Shown piece after piece: positions 47,493-56,492 of a DNA stretch of 64,000 nt (positions are counted from its first letter, which is position 1; every line of letters starts with the position of its first letter). The stretch is from a candidate division WOR-3 bacterium (lineage in GTDB: Bacteria; Hydrothermota; Tepidihabitantia; B3-TA06), in contig CBFGKC010000001.1 in NCBI GenBank assembly GCA_965649265.1, positions 45,119-109,118 on the forward strand, given 5' to 3'. The position numbers and the translations under genes are program-made. The notes under the pieces are model-generated. The model was not told where the DNA came from. It did not search any database and saw nothing but the letters and a program-made list of their open reading frames with translations.

Positions 47493-50093
47493 TTATTTCT
47501 CAACTCGCCCCAGACAGGCAAGTGCCGCAGCTATTTGAAGTTGCCCGGCGGCAAGTCCGCCGTCTGATGCCGGTATCGTCACCGGCGTGCGGAATTCGAA
47601 ACCCGCATTTCGTGACCCCTCCCTCAGGGACCAGAGCAGAAGCCGGTTTGCGAACACTCCTCCCGAGGCCGCAATCGTATTGCACCCTGTGACATCTCTG
47701 GCCGCGGCGGCCCAGCGTAAAAGCACATTTGCGAAACCCCCGTGAAACATGGCTGCAATCTCGGACTTGTTGACCCCTTTATCGAGATCGGCAATGATTG
47801 CCTCGAGGCAAGGTTTCGGATCAAGCACAAGGTCATCCGATAAATCAAAATCATAACCCTTTGACCGTTTAGCGGCGCTATCGGCAAGTGCCTCGAGAGC
47901 AATCGCCCCCTCCGCCTCGTATGTAATCTCGTCCACTATCCCTAAAAGCCCCGCAACCGTGTCGAAGAGTCTCCCGGCGCTCGACGCGCGAACAACGCCG
48001 AGTTCTGCATCAAGCTGGGCGCTTACTCGCTCACCCGTCTGGCCAAAAAGCTCGATCGCCTTCTCCCGGCCGAAGAAATCGGCTACAACACCCGCAGCCA
48101 TCCTCCGGGGCTTCCTGATCACACCCTCGCCACCCACAAGCGCAAGCGAGCGCATGCGGCCGAGTCTTGAGTAGTATGCACCCGAGTCGGTGACGTGGAG
48201 CAATTCACACCCCCAGATAGATGCCCCGACCTTTTGCTCCGCATTCTCCCGGGTGACCCTGTACTCTTCCTTGCCCTTAGTAGGGGTCCCCATAGAAACG
48301 CTTTGCGTTTTTATGGGGTAAATCCCATACCCGGTGCCGTCCAGTGAAAGCCCTATCACGGGTTCCTTTATCCCGTGTTCGAATATTACGGCCGCGATGT
48401 GCGCGTGGTGGTGCTGCACCGAAAGCAGGGGGATCCCCCTGGCCCTTGAATATCGTTCTGCCCAGCGCGAGGAGAGATAGTCGGGATGCATGTCCCTCAC
48501 GACGATCCTGGGCTCGACCCTGAACCATGCGAGATAGCGTTCGAGCGTTTGCTCGAAGAACTCGATCGTCTCGCGATTGGTGAGCTCCCCAATGTGCGGC
48601 GAGAGCCAGAGGTGCGATCCGTCCGAGATCGCGAAAGACCCCTTCATCTCCGCGCCGACCGCAAGCGCTCGTGGAAAGTCGAAACCCGTCTCGAAAGGTT
48701 CGGGCGCGTAGCCGCGCGCCCTGCGCACGAGATAAAACCTGTTACCCCGGGAAAACACTCCCTTACCCCGAGAGAGTACTTCGTATTCTCTCGGGGACCC
48801 CGGACCGCTCTCCTGCCGCGCCTTCGATACCGGTGTAACCTCCCTGTCGGTTCCATCCTCTGCTGAACTCTCCTTAAGAAAAAATACAATGGAATCGTCG
48901 ATGCGGTTCAGAATCCTGCGATTGTGAGCGAGCGCGAAGTCGAACACGCCGCCGAGTTTTTTGTAGAGCTCAACCTCATCGGCAATCAAGGGCTCGTCAC
49001 CGCGGTTGGCCGAGGTTGCAACTAAAACCCCAAGAAAATGATCCACATCTTCTCTGGGACCCCAATCACTTACCCCAAGGTAATTCTTCGTTTTCTCTTG
49101 GGGGCCCCGTTCGCTTGAGAGTTTCTCAATCGCCGCGAACAGGATGTGGTGAAGCGGGGTGTAGGCGAGCATGATTCCGACCCCCGGGTTGCGGGGCGCA
49201 ATCGCCTGCCTCAACTCTTCCGGGACCTCGTCCCTCCATCTCATTAAAACAATCGGTGCGGCCTGGCGGCTGAGCATCTCCTCCTCCTCGGGTTCCATCC
49301 TCGCTAACACCCTCGCACTCTCAATATCCCTTGCCATGAGAGCGAGCGCCTTTGTGGGCCGAGTCTTTCTACGCCTGAGTTCCTCGATTGCGGCGATATT
49401 TGAAGCGTCACACATCAGGTGGTAGCCGCCGAGTCCCTTCACGGCAAGTATCCTTCCGTCCAAGAGCCGACCCGCCGCCTCGCCGACCACGTCGCTTGTC
49501 GGCACCACCCTTCCTCTTGAATCGAGCAAAACAAGCTCGGGTCCGCAGCGCGGGCAGGCGTTCGGCTGGGCGTGAAATCGCCTGTTCCGGGGATCCCCAT
49601 ACTCCCTTAGGCAATCGGCACACATGTGGAACTCCCCCATCGTCGTCAGGGGCCTGTCGTAGGGAAGCTTGTCAATAATAGTGTATCTGGGGCCGCAGTC
49701 GGTGCAGTTCGTGAAAGCGTATCCCGCACGCCTGTCGCCTGCCTCCCCGATCTCCCTGGCACATTTCGCGCACGTCGCAATGTCCGCCGCTACCTCCAGC
49801 GCCTGAGATGCCTGGCCCTCCAGGCTCGTCCTTATTGTGAAATCCTTGAACCCCTGCTCCGCTATCTCCGCGACATCAATCCCTCTTATGCGCGCGGCTG
49901 GAGGGGGATTGGTCCTCAGTGCCTCGAGAAAACGTTCAATCCGCTCCCCCGGACCCTCGAGCACTATCTCCACGCCCCCGAGGTCGTTCAATACAAAACC
50001 GGCGAGGCCGCACTTCGCGGCCTCGCTGTAACAGAATGGTCTGAAGCCGACCCCCTGAACCGCTCCCGTTACTCTAACGCGGACGGCAGACAT
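47493..50093 (-). CDS. hypF: Carbamoyltransferase HypF with three repeat-derived in-frame insertions
   Basis: VQGVGFRPF acylphosphatase domain; CxxC zinc fingers; KGLGGYHL; TSAN; RRARGYAP; HHHAH; DGTGYG; SSAGRLFD; SGGVFAN; DGGLAAGQ. Confidence 0.95.
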   Translation of the reverse strand: MSAVRVRVTGAVQGVGFRPFCYSEAAKCGLAGFVLNDLGGVEIVLEGPGERIERFLEALRTNPPPAARIRGIDVAEIAEQGFKDFTIRTSLEGQASQALEVAADIATCAKCAREIGEAGDRRAGYAFTNCTDCGPRYTIIDKLPYDRPLTTMGEFHMCADCLREYGDPRNRRFHAQPNACPRCGPELVLLDSRGRVVPTSDVVGEAAGRLLDGRILAVKGLGGYHLMCDASNIAAIEELRRRKTRPTKALALMARDIESARVLARMEPEEEEMLSRQAAPIVLMRWRDEVPEELRQAIAPRNPGVGIMLAYTPLHHILFAAIEKLSSERGPQEKTKNYLGVSDWGPREDVDHFLGVLVATSANRGDEPLIADEVELYKKLGGVFDFALAHNRRILNRIDDSIVFFLKESSAEDGTDREVTPVSKARQESGPGSPREYEVLSRGKGVFSRGNRFYLVRRARGYAPEPFETGFDFPRALAVGAEMKGSFAISDGSHLWLSPHIGELTNRETIEFFEQTLERYLAWFRVEPRIVVRDMHPDYLSSRWAERYSRARGIPLLSVQHHHAHIAAVIFEHGIKEPVIGLSLDGTGYGIYPIKTQSVSMGTPTKGKEEYRVTRENAEQKVGASIWGCELLHVTDSGAYYSRLGRMRSLALVGGEGVIRKPRRMAAGVVADFFGREKAIELFGQTGERVSAQLDAELGVVRASSAGRLFDTVAGLLGIVDEITYEAEGAIALEALADSAAKRSKGYDFDLSDDLVLDPKPCLEAIIADLDKGVNKSEIAAMFHGGFANVLLRWAAAARDVTGCNTIAASGGVFANRLLLWSLREGSRNAGFEFRTPVTIPASDGGLAAGQLQIAAALACLGRVEK
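48283..49108. repeat. Four 37-bp hairpin repeats inside hypF
   Basis: Copies at 48283-48319 (+), 48765-48801 (-), 49027-49063 (-) and 49072-49108 (-); the last two are 45 bp apart. Confidence 0.85.
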
Positions 50094-50140
50094 CAGCCGG
50101 CGCCCTCGTCAAAGGGAGAGGGGGGCAGGCAGCAAAAAAA

Positions 50141-51448
50141 TCAGCCTTTCCTGGGTTTCTTCCCGGCAGCCTTCTTGAGAGCAGGCTTTTTTGAAGGCTT
50201 CGAGGACTTCTTCGGTTCCTCGGGGGCGCACTCCTCGGCCGCGGGAACCTCAAGTTTCTCCGGGATCTCCACCTCTTCATCCTTTATCTCGAGAAGGTTG
50301 CGGTCATCCTTCTTGCGGACAAGGATGAGGTACACAAGCGTGTTGCCGGAATACCATATCGCCATGCCGAAGCTCAATACGAATAAAATCACGGCGTGGT
50401 AAGCGACTGCGAAGAGTATCTTTCCGACGGTCACTGACCAGCTTGCGGCAATACCCACAACGTTTTCGGTGTGGATGAGACTCGGAAGATTGACGGTCTC
50501 TTTCATCCAGCCGAACACGTTCTGCACCTGCACGGGCAGCCAGAAAGTGAGATTCTGGAACCAGTGCGGGAGGACGAGTCTTACATAATCGGCGGCGCCG
50601 TTTATCATGAGGTCCAGTTTATAGAGCACCTGGGCCGAACTCTTTGCGGCACCCACGTTCATTAGAATGCCGACAACCCAGCGTCCCAGCTCGAGCGCCT
50701 TGACGCTCGCGAACGCGAGGAAGGCGATTCCCACGATCGAGAAAATTGCCAGGAGGAACTGGTACCAGATCAGGCGCCAGGGCTGGTCGTTCACGCATGA
50801 GAAGACCTCAAAAAGATTGTCGAAGGCGTCCGACTTCGTCGTGCCGATGACGGCAGGCCCGATCGAGAAGGTGAACGCGAATACGACACCGAGGTATACG
50901 ATAAAGAGCGAGACTGCGAATGCGGGTACGGCCAGGAGCCCCACCACCAACTCACCCGCGTATGGAATGCGGCCGATGAGTCCCAGAAGCAGACCCGCGC
51001 ACAGAAGTAGAACGATGAAGAGTCCCAGAAGGATCGGGGTAGCAATCAACGCGCCTGCGCTCTTGATCCCCTGCTTCCATGCTTCCTTCACCTCGAAAAA
51101 CTCGTCACCGCGAAGCTGTTCGTAGGTGAGTTTTGAGATAACGATTCCCGCTATCATGCCGACCAGCACGAGCCAGAAAACGCCGACGGCCCATATAAGC
51201 CAGAAGAGCCAGGCAAGATCCGGAGAGGGCCCGATTCCGGCCACGGCATCAGGCATCGGGAACAGCCGGAAGGTTTCCCAAATGGTAGCCAGTTTGGTGC
51301 CCGTCACGAAAAAGGCCACGTAGCCGAAAAGGGCATAGCCGAGCCACCCGAAGAGGAGCCCTACGAATCCGACCCATATCTTCTTTGCGGAGAAGCCGAG
51401 CCTGAAGGCCCGGAACAGGTCCTTGTAGTTGAAATGAAGTTTTGTCAT
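50141..51448 (-). CDS. Polytopic membrane protein of unknown function
   Basis: About seven hydrophobic segments; Lys-rich tail; GGAGG RBS. Confidence 0.7.
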   Translation of the reverse strand: MTKLHFNYKDLFRAFRLGFSAKKIWVGFVGLLFGWLGYALFGYVAFFVTGTKLATIWETFRLFPMPDAVAGIGPSPDLAWLFWLIWAVGVFWLVLVGMIAGIVISKLTYEQLRGDEFFEVKEAWKQGIKSAGALIATPILLGLFIVLLLCAGLLLGLIGRIPYAGELVVGLLAVPAFAVSLFIVYLGVVFAFTFSIGPAVIGTTKSDAFDNLFEVFSCVNDQPWRLIWYQFLLAIFSIVGIAFLAFASVKALELGRWVVGILMNVGAAKSSAQVLYKLDLMINGAADYVRLVLPHWFQNLTFWLPVQVQNVFGWMKETVNLPSLIHTENVVGIAASWSVTVGKILFAVAYHAVILFVLSFGMAIWYSGNTLVYLILVRKKDDRNLLEIKDEEVEIPEKLEVPAAEECAPEEPKKSSKPSKKPALKKAAGKKPRKG

Positions 51449-51524
51449 CTCTCAAGCCTCCATCGGTTAAAATCCACTACTAAAAAAGGGATTTATCCTT
51501 GGATATAAAAATTAACAATTTGTC

Positions 51525-51713
51525 CTAACCCTTGCAACCGGGCATAAGGAAACGGAAAAATAATACAAGCACCAGGGCAAGGGAAATGATGGCGATTCCC
51601 ATAATCAACCGGTATGGGATGCGATGAACCTTGCGCGGGAAGAACTTGCGCCGGGTTCTACCATCTCCCATATGCTCCATGTGCTTACTTTCTCCGGCCC
51701 TGTACAAGAGCAT
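51525..51713 (-). CDS. Small membrane protein (hypothetical)
   Basis: Basic stretch followed by one TM; promoter TTGACA-16-TAAGAT upstream. Confidence 0.35.
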   Translation of the reverse strand: MLLYRAGESKHMEHMGDGRTRRKFFPRKVHRIPYRLIMGIAIISLALVLVLFFRFLMPGCKG

Positions 51714-52062
51714 CCATTGTTATATCTTACTCCTGTTAGCCGAGTTGTCAAGAGCCTAACGCATCGTAAAAATCGGGGTTAGATCGCGTCCATGCCTCCC
51801 GGCCCCTCGCTCGCCGGGAATTGAAACTGCGCATTTCCCCCCCCGCAATCGGTGTCGCACAGTCTTGACACCCAGGTTTATGCGACTCTGTGGTCGGCCG
51901 AAGACAATTTTTCGACTTCAACGGAAGGCTGCCACTGAACTCTTCCGCGCATACAACGTAAATGCGCAAGTTAGTATGCAGATCGTACGACTTTGCTCTT
52001 CCGACAGTAGTACGACGAAAGTCCTGATCCTGTAAACTTCTTTAAACAATGACTTGTCCCTG

Positions 52063-52078
52063 TGTTTCACGTGAAACA
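52063..52078. promoter_or_regulatory. parS centromere site
   Basis: Exact palindrome TGTTTCACGTGAAACA, about 6 kb from oriC. Confidence 0.92.
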
Positions 52079-52178
52079 CCGACCCTATACTCCCTCGGCA
52101 GTTCGCTTTCCATATCAAAACACGATATCCTCGCAAGTCTCCCTGTTTGTTTCTTGTATATTTTATATAGAAGGATTT

Positions 52179-53114
52179 TCAGAATATTCTTCGGAGGATG
52201 ATGAGACCGAGTATCACGAGTGCAAATGCCAGATAAACGACCAGAATAAGACCTTCTACCAGCTTCATCCTCTTTTTTGCGAGAAGAACCAGCCCTCCCG
52301 ATATCACCCCGGCAGGCGCCGCAGCCCAGTAAAGGGGAAGAAAATTTAGAATCAGTGGGGTCGCGAGGTATGAAACCAGTACGAGCCCGGCGTTGACCCA
52401 CAGGCCGCGTTCAAGCCCTAGGATCGTGAATAAAGTCCTTACGCCCCTTGCCCTGTCGCCTTCGACGTCGGCCATGTCCTTCGTGCCGAAGGTCAGGGTC
52501 AAGGTTACAAGAATCAACACCATCATCCTTATCGGGAAGAGGGTCCAGTGTTCGTGAGTGGCAAAACCTGAGACCATCACCGCAAGTCCGGCAAGGGCGA
52601 GAAGGAACACGTTAAGGGGATATATCCTCTTTGCCCTGAGGATCGGGGTGGAGTAAATCAGGGAGATGAGGTGGGCGGCCAGCAGGAAAAGAAAGCACTC
52701 GAGGCCGCACCGTATCGCAACCACAAGAGAGAACAGCGAAAGGCCAGCTGCCAGCAACCAAGACGCTCTCCTCGTGAGTACGCCTTTTGTGAACGGGGTC
52801 TCCTTTCCTGCGAGCCGGTCGATCTCCGCGTCGAAGATATCGTTCAAAAAGACCGCGCCCTGAAAGGCGATGAAGGCGGCGATCGTCGACCAGAGGAGAA
52901 GATAGACATCCAGGGGTTTACCGCTCACCGCCGCGCCGATCACCGCCCCCCCCGCAGCGAAACCGCCGTAATGGATGAGCCTTAACGGACGCAGGAGCTT
53001 CACGATCCCGGCGAATCTCCTCGGTGATATCAACAACGGAAGAAGAATCCCGAGAGCTATCACCGAGGCCAGGATAATATCAAAGACGCCGGGAGGGGTA
53101 AAAGATATCCTCAT
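52179..53114 (-). CDS. UbiA-family prenyltransferase
   Basis: NDIFDAEIDR, YSTP and KDMADVEGD Asp-rich motifs; multiple TMs. Confidence 0.85.
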   Translation of the reverse strand: MRISFTPPGVFDIILASVIALGILLPLLISPRRFAGIVKLLRPLRLIHYGGFAAGGAVIGAAVSGKPLDVYLLLWSTIAAFIAFQGAVFLNDIFDAEIDRLAGKETPFTKGVLTRRASWLLAAGLSLFSLVVAIRCGLECFLFLLAAHLISLIYSTPILRAKRIYPLNVFLLALAGLAVMVSGFATHEHWTLFPIRMMVLILVTLTLTFGTKDMADVEGDRARGVRTLFTILGLERGLWVNAGLVLVSYLATPLILNFLPLYWAAAPAGVISGGLVLLAKKRMKLVEGLILVVYLAFALVILGLIILRRIF

Positions 53115-53255
53115 CTTATCGCCGTGTTGTCCACACGAGAAAGGCAAAAGTCTGAGAGGAGGGCGACGTTGCCTGTTCCTGAGGGGATGACTTTCGTATG
53201 CGAAGAACCCGTATCATGCATCGTCTAAGTCTATCCGATACATCCAGGAAGTCAA

Positions 53256-53590
53256 CCCGTCCCGTAACACACCCATAACACACCCGTAACACCCGTCCGT
53301 AACACACCCGTACCCACAGGGCAGGGTCTGACCCTCGAGGTAAGTCTTTACCTCATAGGTCATTCTCATAATCAAACGGAGCTTCGCTCCGAAGTCTAAG
53401 GAAATAACACACCCGTAACACACCCGTAACACTCCCGTAACACTCCCGTAACACCTCCTCCCCCACCGTAACACACAGCCACCAGTCCCCACAGGGGAGG
53501 ACCTGACCCTTGAGATGAGCTTTTATCTCGCAGGTCATTCTGATGTGCAGTTCAGGTCAAAGAAAAGGCGCCCCGCCCGTAACACACACA
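53256..53590 (+). repeat. CCCGTAACAC array (mostly 11-bp period) with a duplicated ~54-bp hairpin module
   Basis: About ten (C)CCGTAACAC units; CCCACAGGG..TGACC..GGTCATTCT at 53313-53366 and 53488-53541. Confidence 0.8.
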
Positions 53591-53765
53591 GTCCCTTCCC
53601 TCTCCCCCCCTCCCCTTCCCTCCTTTCTCGCCGTACCTGTGACGGTACTCGTTGGTTGCAGGATAGGTCCAATCGGGCTTTTTTATTGCAGGGGGAGTTT
53701 CCCATAACAAGCAAACATCCGCTCCTCCCCCTGAATGTTTCCCTCATTTCCGGATGCGGATCCGA

Positions 53766-53781
53766 TGTTTCACGTGAAACA
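53766..53781. promoter_or_regulatory. parS centromere site
   Basis: Exact palindrome TGTTTCACGTGAAACA. Confidence 0.92.
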
Positions 53782-53818
53782 TTCTTTCCTCCAAGAAATT
53801 ACTCTTTATCACCATATT

Positions 53819-53855
53819 GGGGTCCCCGCAAAGATGCGGAGCAGGTTTGTGGGGT
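53819..53855 (+). repeat. 37-bp GGGGTCCCC-hairpin-GGGGT repeat (intergenic copy)
   Basis: GGGGTCCCC GCAAAGATGC GGA GCAGGTTTGT GGGGT. Confidence 0.8.
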
Positions 53856-53857
53856 AG

Positions 53858-53886
53858 AAAAAAAGGAGGCGGCCCAGGGCCGCCTC
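53858..53886 (-). terminator. Intrinsic terminator
   Basis: GAGGCGGC/GCCGCCTC stem followed by a poly-T tract on the - strand. Confidence 0.75.
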
Positions 53887-53906
53887 AACAATCCGGGGAG
53901 TCGAGA

Positions 53907-56024
53907 TTAAAAGATCACAACCTTGCGTACCGCCGTGTAGTCCGGGGTCACAAGCTTGACGAAGTAAACACCCGAACGAGCGTTAAGGTTGAACGAATGA
54001 GTACCCATTGCCGCGGAACCCTGGTGCAGGGTCGAGACCAGCTTGCCGGTTGCGTCGTAGACCTTGAGACTCGCAGTGGTCGTCTTGGGAACGGTGAAGG
54101 TGATGCCGGCACCTGAAACCGAAAGGTTAGAACAGTAGAGATATGGCTTTTCACCGATGCCTGTCCAGGGTATACCGTTAAAGATCACAGACCTCATCGC
54201 ACCGTCGACTCCGGAAACATAGAAATCAGCCGTAAACGGGGTTTCGTCAAGAGATGTCCATTCAGCGAACTCGATAAATGTTGAATCTCCGGGCTGCAGC
54301 GTGTCTGAAACGCCCACGCTGTCGAAATATGCCAGGGTGGTTGTTCCAGGCGTTATGTCGCAGTGGCAGTAGAAATTGACGGCAGGTTCTGAGCCGACGT
54401 TGGTAAAGTACGCGGAAGGTTTCATCCTGTCGATAGTCGCCCCCTCTTCAGGCATCGTAATCGTTGTTGCAACAACCTGGGTTGCGGATGCGATGGTTGC
54501 GTACTCGAGTTTTGTGTTGTTTGTGGAGTCGAAATCGGCTATTGTCTTTTCGGGCCAGAGGTAGACGACAACCTCGATACGGTACTTGTCACCTGGGGCG
54601 CCTGTAGGTTCCCATTCGGGGAATGAGATCTGTTTCTCCTGACCGGGATCAAGATACACTATTCCTTCGAGATTGCCTTTGTTATAGTTGGTGCCCGGTC
54701 CGGATATATAACACTTTGCGTAGCCTGAATCCACGTTCTCGCCGAGATTGGCAATAACGGCTTGGGGTTCGATGCTTTCTTTCGAGATGCCACCCACGGG
54801 CTGAAGTATTCTGGTACAGGCAAGGTCTCTTTCGCCGCCGGGTCCGGGTCCGCTTGAAGAGGAATACCAGTTGTAATATATCTCGTAGTTCCCGTCGCGG
54901 TTGTCATACCAGCAGATGTGAACGTTGCCGTTGTCGTCCGCAGCGATCTGTCCGCGTCTGGAGTACTGGCCGTCGTTAGCGGTTAAAGCCTGCGGCCCGT
55001 CCCATGAACCGGTTTGGCCGTCCATGCGGTTATAGTATATCTCGTAGCTCTGACCCGAACGGTCATCCCAGCAGACCCAGATATTGTCGAAGGTGTCGCA
55101 GCAGGCTGAAGGGTAGTAAACATAAGCATACGTGCTTGCATCTACTTGGACCGGGGAGCCCCAATCGTCAGTGGTGCCAGAGATCACGTTAATATGATAT
55201 GGGGAGGGGTAGCTGACATAGGCGATATAAAGGTTGTCTTCAGAATCGTTGCAGATGGAAGTTGCGTAGGAATAATAACATGAGTTGGTGCCGGTCAGTG
55301 TCTCGTAATACCAGGTCGCGCCGTTGTTGGTGCTCCATGCATGATACAGGCGGTAGCCGTTGCTGTTACCGAAGGACATGTGGATTACGCCGTCGGACGT
55401 GATGCATATCGAAGGATAGTAGGAATAATAGTAAGAAGAGGCTGAGCCGCCCTCCCAGTGAGGGTCATAAACCAGCACCGGCGTGGTCCAGCCGCCGCCG
55501 GAGTTTCTTCTTTGGTACCACACACTGCGGCCGCGCATGTCGCCTGAGGTGGAACTGTATCTGTTGAATGCAACATGAAGGTTACCGTCGTCATCGAAGC
55601 ATGTGCCAGGATATGTGGCCATGGTACAGCCGCCACCAATTCCGTGGCTCTCGATGCTCCCCCAGGTTCCACTCTTGATTCGTGTATAAAGAACATCAGA
55701 GTTATACCAGGTAACGAAGGCAGAACCGTTATAAGTAGATACCACCGGTGTGTAGCCGTAAGTGGTGCTAACTTGTTCTCCATTGGGAGTTTGTGATGGT
55801 GTGCCTATAGGGAAGCTGTGGTATCGGACGTAATAGGGACTGGATGAATAATCATACCAGGTTATATAGACATCTTCCGCATCGGCTTCAATTCCACGAG
55901 TCCCCGTGTAAGGGGTGTAGGAAGAGCCTGTATTATTAGTGACCCTGAAATCGGAGTGCCATTGCCCAAAGAGAGGCAAAGCCACAAAAAAGAGCACTCC
56001 AATAAGGATTAAGGTTTTTCGCAT
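53907..56024 (-). CDS. Secreted BNR/beta-propeller protein with Ig-like domains and T9SS-type C-terminal domain
   Basis: Signal peptide; STNNGATW Asp-box; WYDNRDGNYEIYY; C-terminal VYDATGK...SGVYFVKL...RKVVIF. Confidence 0.8.
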   Translation of the reverse strand: MRKTLILIGVLFFVALPLFGQWHSDFRVTNNTGSSYTPYTGTRGIEADAEDVYITWYDYSSSPYYVRYHSFPIGTPSQTPNGEQVSTTYGYTPVVSTYNGSAFVTWYNSDVLYTRIKSGTWGSIESHGIGGGCTMATYPGTCFDDDGNLHVAFNRYSSTSGDMRGRSVWYQRRNSGGGWTTPVLVYDPHWEGGSASSYYYSYYPSICITSDGVIHMSFGNSNGYRLYHAWSTNNGATWYYETLTGTNSCYYSYATSICNDSEDNLYIAYVSYPSPYHINVISGTTDDWGSPVQVDASTYAYVYYPSACCDTFDNIWVCWDDRSGQSYEIYYNRMDGQTGSWDGPQALTANDGQYSRRGQIAADDNGNVHICWYDNRDGNYEIYYNWYSSSSGPGPGGERDLACTRILQPVGGISKESIEPQAVIANLGENVDSGYAKCYISGPGTNYNKGNLEGIVYLDPGQEKQISFPEWEPTGAPGDKYRIEVVVYLWPEKTIADFDSTNNTKLEYATIASATQVVATTITMPEEGATIDRMKPSAYFTNVGSEPAVNFYCHCDITPGTTTLAYFDSVGVSDTLQPGDSTFIEFAEWTSLDETPFTADFYVSGVDGAMRSVIFNGIPWTGIGEKPYLYCSNLSVSGAGITFTVPKTTTASLKVYDATGKLVSTLHQGSAAMGTHSFNLNARSGVYFVKLVTPDYTAVRKVVIF

Positions 56025-56444
56025 GATAACCTCCATGCTTTAGGTTCTCGCTGGTTTTAAAAGAAATTAAATCAATGGAATCCCGTATCACCTCCCTGCA
56101 TAATCCACTTTCTTCTAATTCCCAATAGTCATCACTATCCATCCTACAAATATCCTCCATCCATTAATTGACATTTACTAGTCAATTCCTAAACAACTTC
56201 TGATTTTAATCAGAGATTCACGTTTTGTCAAGTGTGTCATAGCGTCTATTATTTCATAATATCCATAGAAAGTTATTTGAACATTGGAAATCAAACTCAT
56301 GAGGGTGCACCGAAATCAAGCCTTCCCATGGATTCAAGAGAAATCACGTTATGATAAGGATAATCTCAAACTCGCACTTACTGGACCTAAATAATGGATA
56401 ACGCCCTAGACGATGTAAGGTCCGTAAACATTGTCAAGCAACAT

Positions 56445-56477
56445 AAAAAAAGAGGCGGCCATTTTCAAGACCGCCTC
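56445..56477 (-). terminator. Intrinsic terminator
   Basis: GAGGCGG/CCGCCTC stem with a poly-T tract on the - strand after the S8 peptidase gene. Confidence 0.7.
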
Positions 56478-56492
56478 AAAAAGGAAAAAACC

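Noticed and set aside
53256-53590. GTAACAC array as CRISPR or as coding ORFs
   Set aside because: The 10-11-bp units have no unique spacers, and the ORFs over them are low-complexity translations of the repeat (CYG/VLR/VTG).
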